NCBI GenBank assembly: GCA_965222225.1 | Contig: CBDCTK010000002.1 | Coordinates: 2,080,001-2,144,000, forward strand | Length of the DNA stretch: 64,000 nucleotides | Reading direction: 5' to 3' | DNA from: Candidatus Poribacteria bacterium | Lineage (GTDB): Bacteria > Poribacteria > WGA-4E > JAJDTR01 | Part shown: positions 52,730 through 60,862 of the stretch, in pieces | Position numbering within the stretch: position 1 is the stretch's first letter | How the letters are laid out: each line of letters begins with the position of its first letter | Notes under the pieces: generated by a model | Databases searched by the model: none | What the model was told of the DNA's origin: nothing | The model's input: the letters and a program-made list of their open reading frames with translations, nothing else | Program-made: the position numbers and the translations under genes

Positions 52730-53700
52730 ATTTTTCCCCAGACCGTAATTCTGTTGGAAGTGGGGGACACAGCTAGTCCTACCGGGCTAATGTCGGGCTG
52801 ATAATCGCGCGCATCATGGACATCGCTAAGTTGCTTAAGATATTTTCCATCGGCGGTCATCAAGTGTATCGTGCTGAGAAGATTACCGTTCAAGATACCG
52901 TCCCAGATCCCATATGCGATCGTCTGTCCATCCGTAGACCATGCGGGGTGCCAATGATGCTCTTGATTGTGCGTAGGCCTCTTGCGATTTCTACCATCCG
53001 CCCCCACCACATAGATGTGATTGAATCCTTCGTGCTCGGACATGTATGCAATCCGTTGTCCGTCGGGAGAAAACGCTGGTCTGGATTTATATGCTAAATC
53101 GTGCGTCACCCTTTTAAGCCCCTGTCCGTCTGCGCCTATCACGTAAATATCCCAGTTCCAATCATCTCTCCAGGATGTGAATGCAATCTCACCCCCATCG
53201 GGAGACCATGATGGCTCCCGCCCGTGGTCTTCATGCATCACACGATTATTTCCATCAGCATCCATCACGGCGATATGATCTAACAACTCTTCTTTTTTCC
53301 AATCTGGGTTGACGGTGAATGCAATCTTTTGCCCGTCGGGAGACCAGTCTGGATCCTCCTTCCGCCGCGGTCCATCTGTCAGTCTAATCGGGTTCTTTCC
53401 ATCGGCGTCCATTACGTAGATTTGATAGACGTCGCCGTTTCGTCTGGAAGCGAATGCAATCTTCGTCCCGTCAGGAGACCAATCCGGATCGAAGTCATTC
53501 GCTGGATTGTCTGTCAGTCTTTCTCGGTTTCCTCCATCGGCATCCATTACATAGATTTCATTGTTGCCATCTCTCCTAGATGTAAAAACAATCCGTGACT
53601 TCTGCGCGGCGAGTCCTTGTCTCAACCACAACTCCCCGCTCGTCAGACAGACGCACAGCCCCGCAAACAGCAGAAATCTAGGTATCAGCTTGAATCGCAT
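52711..53700 (-). CDS. TolB-like (PD40) secreted beta-propeller
   Basis: PDWSPDG repeats; signal peptide; ends AVSPTSNRITVWGKIK. Confidence 0.9.
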   Translation of the reverse strand: MRFKLIPRFLLFAGLCVCLTSGELWLRQGLAAQKSRIVFTSRRDGNNEIYVMDADGGNRERLTDNPANDFDPDWSPDGTKIAFASRRNGDVYQIYVMDADGKNPIRLTDGPRRKEDPDWSPDGQKIAFTVNPDWKKEELLDHIAVMDADGNNRVMHEDHGREPSWSPDGGEIAFTSWRDDWNWDIYVIGADGQGLKRVTHDLAYKSRPAFSPDGQRIAYMSEHEGFNHIYVVGADGRNRKRPTHNQEHHWHPAWSTDGQTIAYGIWDGILNGNLLSTIHLMTADGKYLKQLSDVHDARDYQPDISPVGLAVSPTSNRITVWGKIKSLFD

Positions 53701-53920
53701 TTCTCTCCCTCTTAGATTCTGTTTGACAATCCATTTGTCGCAGCCTTGTTTCCCTTAATGTTAGCCCCAGAGGGGCGAAAGGCTTATATCAGGTTTTATG
53801 TTGGTTACGTCGCAATATTGCCAAAGAGCACCAGGGGAAACGCATCTATATGTTGGACTTGACGTGAGCTCGACTTTGTACAACGATGGGATCGAACGGA
53901 TAGCCATGCAACACCAACCT

Positions 53921-54042
53921 GTAGGCGGGGATCAAGGGAGTGAATAACGACCGCGATAGAAATCCCTTCAAGCGAGCGATCAACTGCGTGGATAGCGAAG
54001 GTGATAGAGTTCCCATAGCAAATTCTGTGCAATAGAGCCCCC
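53921..54042 (+). repeat. GTAG REP with two GA-hairpin modules and extra tails
   Basis: Cores GGGAGTGAATAACGACC (53936-53952) and CTGCGTGGATAGCGAAG (53984-54000). Confidence 0.85.
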
Positions 54043-54402
54043 TGAGAACTTCGTCAATCTCAACTCAGTCGTCATAGTCACCGACGAGCGAGAAGTCAAC
54101 CAACAGGTGACCACGGAGTCACGCTACTAAATCTCTTCGCTTCATTGGGTATTAGATGTTGCTTTCCGTGAGGATGCGTTTCGAATTCGTAAAGATAACA
54201 GCAGTGAAAAATTCGCCCTGCCCGACGTATTGCTCTCAATCTACTTAAGGCTGAAACGTCAAACAAACCTGGTGTTGCCAACAAGCGAATCAAAGCCGCA
54301 TGGGACAACATTCACTTTACTACTATTCTTGCAACTCTATTCTGAAAAATCAGATGCGATTCCCCGGGCGGAAGCGTCCTCCGCGTTAAGACTCTAGAAC
54401 TT

Positions 54403-55377
54403 CTATTTTCCCGGATATGACCTATTCTCTAGCTCTGCAATGAACTTCTCCGCCGAAATCGCCGCAGCGGCTCCGGCGCCGCCCGCTGTAATCGCTTGAC
54501 GAAAGATATGGTCATGAACATCTCCAGCGGCGAAGACACCCGGAATATTCGTGCTTTGGAGCTTGTCTACGACGATGTAATCTTGGTCATCAAATTCGAT
54601 AGTTCCTTTGTACAATTCTGTGTTCGGAATATGCCCGACGAAGATAAACACCCCATCAATCGGGAACACCTGTTTCTCATCGGTTTCAACGTTTCTGAGC
54701 AACGCACCATTGACCTTTTCACCATCACCTTGAATCTCTTCGACTACCGTGTTCCAGATAAACTTAATTTTGTCGTTTTTGAAGGCACGCTCCTGCATAA
54801 TTTGGCTTGCCCGAAGTTGGTCACGGCGATGAACAATGTAGACCTCAGAAGCGTACTTTGTTAAAAATATGCCCTCCTCAATAGCGGCATCGCCCCCACC
54901 CACGACAATGAGTCGCTGATTCTGGAAAAAGAAACCGTCACACGTCGCACAATACGACACACCTCGTCCACCGAACTCCTCTTCACCCGGAATCTCAAGC
55001 TTGCTCGGGGAAGCGCCTGTGCAGATAATCACTGACTTGGCAAGATATTCTTTATCATAGGTTTTCACGTAGAATGGGTGCCGATTGAAGTCAACCTCTG
55101 AGACCATGTCGAACCGCACCTCTGTGCCGAAACGCTCGGCTTGCTGTTGTAACCCCTGAATGAAATCTGCGGCTTCGGTTCCGAAGAAACCGGGGTAGTT
55201 TTCAAGATCAAGTGTCAACGAGAGTTGTCCCCCGAGCGCATCTCCGGTTATCAGCAGCGGTTCAAGCATCGCGCGAGACGTGTAAACCCCCGCGGCGAAA
55301 CCCGCTGTCCCTCCACCGATGATGATAACATTCCGTTCCTCGATAGCATTCTTGTCGTTTCTTTCTGTTGTTGTCAA
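54403..55377 (-). CDS. trxB: Thioredoxin reductase
   Basis: IIGGG.AG, GVSYCATCDG, GGGDAA.EE, VFAAGD. Confidence 0.96.
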   Translation of the reverse strand: MTTTERNDKNAIEERNVIIIGGGTAGFAAGVYTSRAMLEPLLITGDALGGQLSLTLDLENYPGFFGTEAADFIQGLQQQAERFGTEVRFDMVSEVDFNRHPFYVKTYDKEYLAKSVIICTGASPSKLEIPGEEEFGGRGVSYCATCDGFFFQNQRLIVVGGGDAAIEEGIFLTKYASEVYIVHRRDQLRASQIMQERAFKNDKIKFIWNTVVEEIQGDGEKVNGALLRNVETDEKQVFPIDGVFIFVGHIPNTELYKGTIEFDDQDYIVVDKLQSTNIPGVFAAGDVHDHIFRQAITAGGAGAAAAISAEKFIAELENRSYPGK

Positions 55378-55643
55378 TTTTGTTCCCCTTCAAGTTGTAG
55401 CATTTTCTCCAATTGACCTGTTTGGGCGAGTTCCGCCAAATCGTCATCATCTCCAATATGTTGGTCGTTAATGAAGATTTGTGGCACATCGCGGCGTCCT
55501 GTCAAGGCTTCGATTTTATCCCGCATCGTAGGGTTACCGTGTATGTTGATTTCCTCATATTCGATGCCTCGATTTTCAAGAATCCGTTTTGCGCGGTTGC
55601 ACCAAGAACAAAAATCTGTCGTATAAATTTTGAGTTGTGGCAT
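55374..55643 (-). CDS. grxC: Glutaredoxin 3
   Basis: CSWC, VPQIFI..QHIG. Confidence 0.9.
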   Translation of the reverse strand: MPQLKIYTTDFCSWCNRAKRILENRGIEYEEINIHGNPTMRDKIEALTGRRDVPQIFINDQHIGDDDDLAELAQTGQLEKMLQLEGEQN

Positions 55644-55745
55644 AGTGTTCGCTATGAAGTTCCATCACTGAGTTTGCTTATACCTTCAGTGATTAATGGA
55701 TTGTGATGAGATATGTGGGACACGGCATCCAATCTAAATGCCCGC

Positions 55746-56621
55746 CTATTTTGCGCTACAGTGAGTATTCTGTGCGTTATGACCATAATTCATCCTTGAC
55801 TCGGGAGGCACCATTCGAGGGATGCCGTGGATAATCGGATAATCTAACTTACAAGCGCTACACCAAACACGATCTGCTTCCCAGCCGATTTCGCCTTTAC
55901 AAAGCGGACACACTAGAATATCCTTTAGTGTCTTTGTCGAATTCCGACGCCGATTCACGAAAACAGATTTCGCCTTGAGGATTAGGTTCCTGGGCACACG
56001 GTTCTTCACGATTGGTGCCCACTTCTTCCAAAATGAGGTGTGATTAACCTCGTCGAGCATACCGGAAATCGTTTTTCGAGACTCCAAATCGAGCGTGGGG
56101 GTTTCGGGCGGGAGGATTTCGTAGTCAACTTTGCCTGTCCACTCATACTGCACAAGGAAGAGCTTATGATGGGTAACGTGAAAGCGCGCAAAATTCTTGT
56201 CATGCGCTGCCAGGGCGTGAAAAAGCTGACCAAATTGGCTTTTGACCGCTTTCTTCTGAATAACCAATCGGTTATTGACAAGATTGACCATCCAGTTGTG
56301 ATAAGGCCACCCGTAAAGTCTTTCGGCAATCTCGGAAGGTGTTTCGATATAGCCCGCAGAAGCAACGCGCGTTAACTCGCGAATCAGTAATACCGGGTCT
56401 TCGACATGCTCCAAAATATGAGAGCAGATTATGTAACTAAATGACGCATCCGCAAATGGTAGATATTGACCGTCTGCCTCAACAAATGGACGATCGGCGA
56501 CAATGCTTCCACCTCGTTGTAGGTCATCATTGATAAACTTGTCGCATAGGATGTCGGATCGGGTCTTCGGATTGTGTCCGCTCCCTATTTCGAGAACGAA
56601 ATCGTCGGGACGAATATTCAT
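55746..56621 (-). CDS. Class I SAM methyltransferase with C-terminal Trm112/YcaR-like Zn ribbon
   Basis: VLEIGSG, LPFAD.SF, CSHILEH; LVCPLCKG...CSAC...YPIIHGIP. Confidence 0.82.
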   Translation of the reverse strand: MNIRPDDFVLEIGSGHNPKTRSDILCDKFINDDLQRGGSIVADRPFVEADGQYLPFADASFSYIICSHILEHVEDPVLLIRELTRVASAGYIETPSEIAERLYGWPYHNWMVNLVNNRLVIQKKAVKSQFGQLFHALAAHDKNFARFHVTHHKLFLVQYEWTGKVDYEILPPETPTLDLESRKTISGMLDEVNHTSFWKKWAPIVKNRVPRNLILKAKSVFVNRRRNSTKTLKDILVCPLCKGEIGWEADRVWCSACKLDYPIIHGIPRMVPPESRMNYGHNAQNTHCSAK

Positions 56622-57481
56622 CGCTGCACAACCATGCTAATGTAAAGGCTGATGCGCGGGAAACAGGTTGCCATAATCCTGCCTTTGGCGCTAACGCCGA
56701 CGCATCGTTTCACGATTCGGAGACCGTGACGTCGGAAATATTTCTCAAGATCAATTGGATTTGCGTAGTAAGCACTGTCGCCATCCCCGCCGTAAACCTG
56801 TTCTTCAAGGTCTGGTTCTCGGTATAGAAATTGTGGTGCAGACGACAATCGCTTCTTCAAATACAGGAAGAAATTCCTCCAGCTGTTGGTTAACGCTTGG
56901 CGCTTTGTTTCACCCCAAAACGGTCTGCCAGGTTTCCCTCGAATCAGCTGCATTAGGTCGAGGAGTGGCATAAGTGGAGAGCACAAATTCGGCCCGCAAA
57001 TGATGATTTTCCCCCCTTTTCGGGTCACGCGAATCATCTCCGAGAGTGCCGTTTCAACATCCGGCAAGTGTTCAATCAGTTCATTTGAACAGACGACATC
57101 AAACGTCTCGTCCGGAAACGGAAGTTCAAGGACATCGCAGACTCGGTATTCTAGGTTGTGGTCGCCATCACGAGTCACTGTCTTTTGCCATTGGACTGCC
57201 TCTTCAAGGAAGAGCGCGGAGATATCTGTCCCGATTACATCGTGCCCTGACCGATTGAGTAACATTGCCGCGATGCCGTTGCCACAGCCGAGTTCCAAAA
57301 TCTGGGAGTTTGGCGGCGTATAGCGATTCACCAGTTCCACAAACGGTTGATGATAGGCTTCGTCATGCTCGGCGAGGAGCCCTTTGTATGTCTCCGATGT
57401 CTCATAGAACTGTCGCATGCGTTGCCGGAGGGGTTCTTCCGACGCATGCGTTGAAGTCTCTGGTTGACAGACAGTGTTCAT
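56618..57481 (-). CDS. Class I SAM-dependent methyltransferase
   Basis: ILELGCGNG, LPFPDETFDVV, IEHLPD. Confidence 0.88.
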   Translation of the reverse strand: MNTVCQPETSTHASEEPLRQRMRQFYETSETYKGLLAEHDEAYHQPFVELVNRYTPPNSQILELGCGNGIAAMLLNRSGHDVIGTDISALFLEEAVQWQKTVTRDGDHNLEYRVCDVLELPFPDETFDVVCSNELIEHLPDVETALSEMIRVTRKGGKIIICGPNLCSPLMPLLDLMQLIRGKPGRPFWGETKRQALTNSWRNFFLYLKKRLSSAPQFLYREPDLEEQVYGGDGDSAYYANPIDLEKYFRRHGLRIVKRCVGVSAKGRIMATCFPRISLYISMVVQR

Positions 57482-57682
57482 CGTTCAGATTGATAAGGCG
57501 GTCTTGAATCCCCATGTTTGGGTAGAATAATTTTGTACCTTATTCCATTATACAATCGCGTCTGAGCAGAGGTCAACTGAAATCAGGAGACGACAGGATC
57601 TCATAGTTACGCGTGACATGGCAAGAGTTTTCTGAGAACGTTTTGTAGGTCTCGGTGTGGAAAGGTGTCGGAGGTTGGAGAG

Positions 57683-58267
57683 ATGACCAAAATTGTGCTG
57701 TCTTCCCTTGTCGGACTGATCTTTCTAGTTGGATTGTTCGGGTGTAGAGATAACGATGAAGCTCAAACCGTTGTAGACTCATCCGACATTTCCGACAATC
57801 TTCCCCCGGTTGCACCGCCCGATTTTGGGGGTGCAAGGTTATTTCAACTTGAGGATTTGAACGGACGACTTGTGTCCCTAAACGACTTCCGTGACCAAGT
57901 GGTTGCTATCAATTTTTGGGCAACGTGGTGTAATCCGTGCCGGGAGGAAATCCCGGACTTGGTGAAGATCCAAGACAGGTTTCGGAACAGAGGTTTCATT
58001 GTACTCGGACTCTCTAGAGATTTGCTTAATCAAAACGGTCAATTGGCGAAAAATGAGGAAGCGGTTGAATCCTTAGTTGAAGAATTCAACATCAATTATC
58101 CGGTCCTTTGGGACACTGAAAATATCTATAGCAGACATTACGACGGGATTGGAATGCCTACTACCATCATCTTGGACCGCCACCATCGCATCCGGTTCAG
58201 GCACACGGGCATCATTGATTCCGTCACGCTGGATGCAGAGATAATCATGCTCCTAAACGAGGCGTAG
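57683..58267 (+). CDS. TlpA/ResA-family disulfide reductase lipoprotein
   Basis: LFGC lipobox; NFWATWCNPCREEIP; GMPTT. Confidence 0.92.
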   Translation: MTKIVLSSLVGLIFLVGLFGCRDNDEAQTVVDSSDISDNLPPVAPPDFGGARLFQLEDLNGRLVSLNDFRDQVVAINFWATWCNPCREEIPDLVKIQDRFRNRGFIVLGLSRDLLNQNGQLAKNEEAVESLVEEFNINYPVLWDTENIYSRHYDGIGMPTTIILDRHHRIRFRHTGIIDSVTLDAEIIMLLNEA

Positions 58268-58494
58268 GAAAGCCTTGAGAAGTTAACACGACGTGCCGCT
58301 ATTTCATTTTTATCCGAGATTGATCGTACCGTAACCTCCGTTTCCATGTGGATTATCGGCAAATATTGTATTGCCGTTGAATTTGATTTGTGATAAAATC
58401 GCTTGTGTTCCATTAACGCTTTCTTCCACCATTGAGGTGATGTGGTAAGGCAAGATTGCAGATTTAAGAATCATAAATCATTCCCTCGTCATTG

Positions 58495-58691
58495 AGAACC
58501 TGTTTGAAAGGTACAGTTTGTAGGGTGCGCACTGCGCACCAGCCTCTAAAAGCCCCAGAGTGGGATCAAGGAAGCGAATAGCGACTGCGATAGAGATCCT
58601 ACAGGTATGTAGCAGCCAACAATGAAAACATGAAAAAACTTCCTACAAATGACCAAAAATGGCTTTGCCACCGATTATTCAAACAGGCTCT
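58495..58691. mobile_element. MITE with IS5-like terminal inverted repeats, containing a GTAG REP and a GA module (58565-58600)
   Basis: AGAACCTGTTTGAA ... TTCAAACAGGCTCT (13/14 match); internal GTAG-GGTGCGCA-C-TGCGCACC. Confidence 0.72.
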
Positions 58692-58757
58692 TAGTGAAGT
58701 ATCGTTTCAAATTACTTACAAAACCTGAATGCAACAGAAACAGAAGGAGACTATATC

Positions 58758-59786
58758 ATGAACCGTTTAACCATTCTTATCCTCACAATGTTCCTCGGAT
58801 TGACACTTCTTGGTACAGTGTCACTGGCTGACCACCATGAGAATCCCTGCAATCCGTGCGCGAGCGAGGAAACCGCAAACCCTTGTAATCCATGTAACCC
58901 GTGCGCGGCTAACCCGTGCAACCCGTGTGCAGCTAACCCGTGCAATCCGTGTGCGGCTAATCCGTGCAATCCATGTGCGGCGAAGATGCACTTTACCATC
59001 GGCGACGATCGAAACGTATTTTCCTTCGAGTCGAAAGCACCGTTGGAGACCATTATTGGGCGAACGAACAAAGTTACCGGAAAAATCTCCGTTAATCCAA
59101 TGGACATTTCTAGCGGTGCCATGGCAAAGTTTGTAGTCGACCTCGGCAGTATAACAACGGGAATCGGTCTCAGAGATCAGCACATGCGGGAGGGATACCT
59201 GGAAACAGACACGTATCCGACCGCGACTCTCACCCTAGATGGACTGACCAAAGTTTCCAAGGGTAAACTTGAGGACATGCAGACGGTCAGAGCAGACGCA
59301 GACGCGACGCTGGAGCTGCACGGTGTCAAGCGTAGAGTTGTTTTGAAAGGTGTCAAGGTGACCTTCTTGAAGGAAAACGAAGACACCCAAGCGCTCCTAC
59401 CGGGCAGTCTTCTTCGGATTGAAGGCAGCTTTACTGTGAAGCTCGGCGATTACAATCTCAAGAGACCGCAAGTTGCTTTTCTCAAAGTGAGCGAGGATAT
59501 AGAGATTAACGTAAGTCTATTCGGTTCATCGGGTGCCGGGGCGAACAATCCGTGCAATCCATGCAATCCGTGCGCGACGAACCCTTGTAATCCATGTAAT
59601 CCATGTAATCCATGTGCGGCAAATCCTTGCAACCCTTGTGCAGGTAATCCGTGCAATCCGTGCGCGGCAAATCCTTGCAATCCCTGTGCAGGCAATCCAT
59701 GTAACCCTTGTGCCGCGAACCCCTGCAATCCGTGCGCGGCAAATCCTTGCAACCCGTGTAATCCTTGTAACCCCTGCGGGTTGTAG
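58758..59786 (+). CDS. Secreted YceI-family protein flanked by Cys-rich (Asn-Pro-Cys)n arms
   Basis: Signal peptide; YceI core ([33 protein letters not shown]); 11 N-terminal and 21 C-terminal NPC units; AAGGAG RBS. Confidence 0.9.
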   Translation: MNRLTILILTMFLGLTLLGTVSLADHHENPCNPCASEETANPCNPCNPCAANPCNPCAANPCNPCAANPCNPCAAKMHFTIGDDRNVFSFESKAPLETIIGRTNKVTGKISVNPMDISSGAMAKFVVDLGSITTGIGLRDQHMREGYLETDTYPTATLTLDGLTKVSKGKLEDMQTVRADADATLELHGVKRRVVLKGVKVTFLKENEDTQALLPGSLLRIEGSFTVKLGDYNLKRPQVAFLKVSEDIEINVSLFGSSGAGANNPCNPCNPCATNPCNPCNPCNPCAANPCNPCAGNPCNPCAANPCNPCAGNPCNPCAANPCNPCAANPCNPCNPCNPCGL

Positions 59787-59951
59787 CCTCTTGACACATG
59801 GAAGGATAGGACTTGCGCAGCGTAGGAGTTCATTGCCTTGCATTCCCACGAATCCAAGTTGCGTAAGTCCTTTTCCAACCACGATCACGAAGTGTTTCAT
59901 AAGAATCTCTCGAACAGCTGAAGTCCGAGTGGTGGCAATGAGAAAGAGAAC

Positions 59952-60743
59952 ATGGAAACACAGATTTGGTATTTGAAAAATATCAAGTTCTTTCGCAATT
60001 TGACTGATGCAGACTACTATGCGCTGGATCGAAGTGCAAATTTGAAGCAGTACAGCCGACGCGAGCAGGTCAACGGAAAGACGGATTTCGGAAACACTGT
60101 TTATCTCCTAAGGAACGGAAGAGTTAAAATCTACAAACTCTTGCCCAACGGTGAAGGACTTACGCTTGAGGTGGTAGAATCAGGCGAAATCTTCGGCGAA
60201 ACTGAAAACGTTGATGACGAGCCTCGTGACACGGTAGCCGAAACTCTGAACGATTCGCTTCTGTATGTCATGCGTCGGCGAGATTTTGAGCTGTTTCTCA
60301 AGAAGAAACCCGACCTGACAATGCGTCTGACGAAGTTTGCCCGTACACGTAGACAGCACCTCCAAAACCATATCGGAAACCTGGTTTTCCGAACAGCTTC
60401 TTCCCGGCTTGCATGCCTGCTGCTTTCTTTAGCCGATGGGGGTGGGGTCCACAATAGTAACGGCATGGAGCTGCGAGTAAAGTTATCTCAGGCCGATTTA
60501 GCCAAGCTTACTGGGACAGTTCGCGAAACGATTGGCGACCTTCTCAATGAACTGGAACGGCTGAGCATCATTGAGGTCCAAGGCCGACGAATCAGACTCC
60601 TGAATCAATGGAAACTAAAGAAGATTTCTGACGCCAAGATGGAGGAGCTAGAGATACCACCCGACGAGGAAGAAGAACCGAATCTCTTTGAGGCTCCCGG
60701 CAACAGCTTAACGCCTCCTACCGAACAGAAAACAGCAAAGTAG
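59952..60743 (+). CDS. Crp/Fnr family transcriptional regulator
   Basis: GRVKI, GEIFGE, PR; HTH LSQADLAKLTGTVRETI. Confidence 0.92.
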   Translation: METQIWYLKNIKFFRNLTDADYYALDRSANLKQYSRREQVNGKTDFGNTVYLLRNGRVKIYKLLPNGEGLTLEVVESGEIFGETENVDDEPRDTVAETLNDSLLYVMRRRDFELFLKKKPDLTMRLTKFARTRRQHLQNHIGNLVFRTASSRLACLLLSLADGGGVHNSNGMELRVKLSQADLAKLTGTVRETIGDLLNELERLSIIEVQGRRIRLLNQWKLKKISDAKMEELEIPPDEEEEPNLFEAPGNSLTPPTEQKTAK

Positions 60744-60862
60744 GCGCTACCCACCTTGGATGGTAATAGCACAATCCACTTGGGGGAGATCATTCCCATA
60801 CAACAGTTGCCTAAACCATCTGAGTGTTACGAATAACAATCCCTGACTTGAGGACAATAAAA

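Noticed and set aside
45146-53700. Diversity-generating retroelement among TolB paralogs
   Set aside because: No reverse transcriptase, and differences between copies are not visibly adenine-specific
519-58600. Modules as integron attC sites
   Set aside because: No RYYYAAC/GTTRRRY ends, no gene-cassette arrangement and no integrase in the window
58751-59976. Antisense and alternate-frame repeat ORFs (AHGLHGL..., RAIRAR...)
   Set aside because: Shadows of the NPC repeats; only the NPC frame has an RBS, signal peptide and synonymous third-position variation
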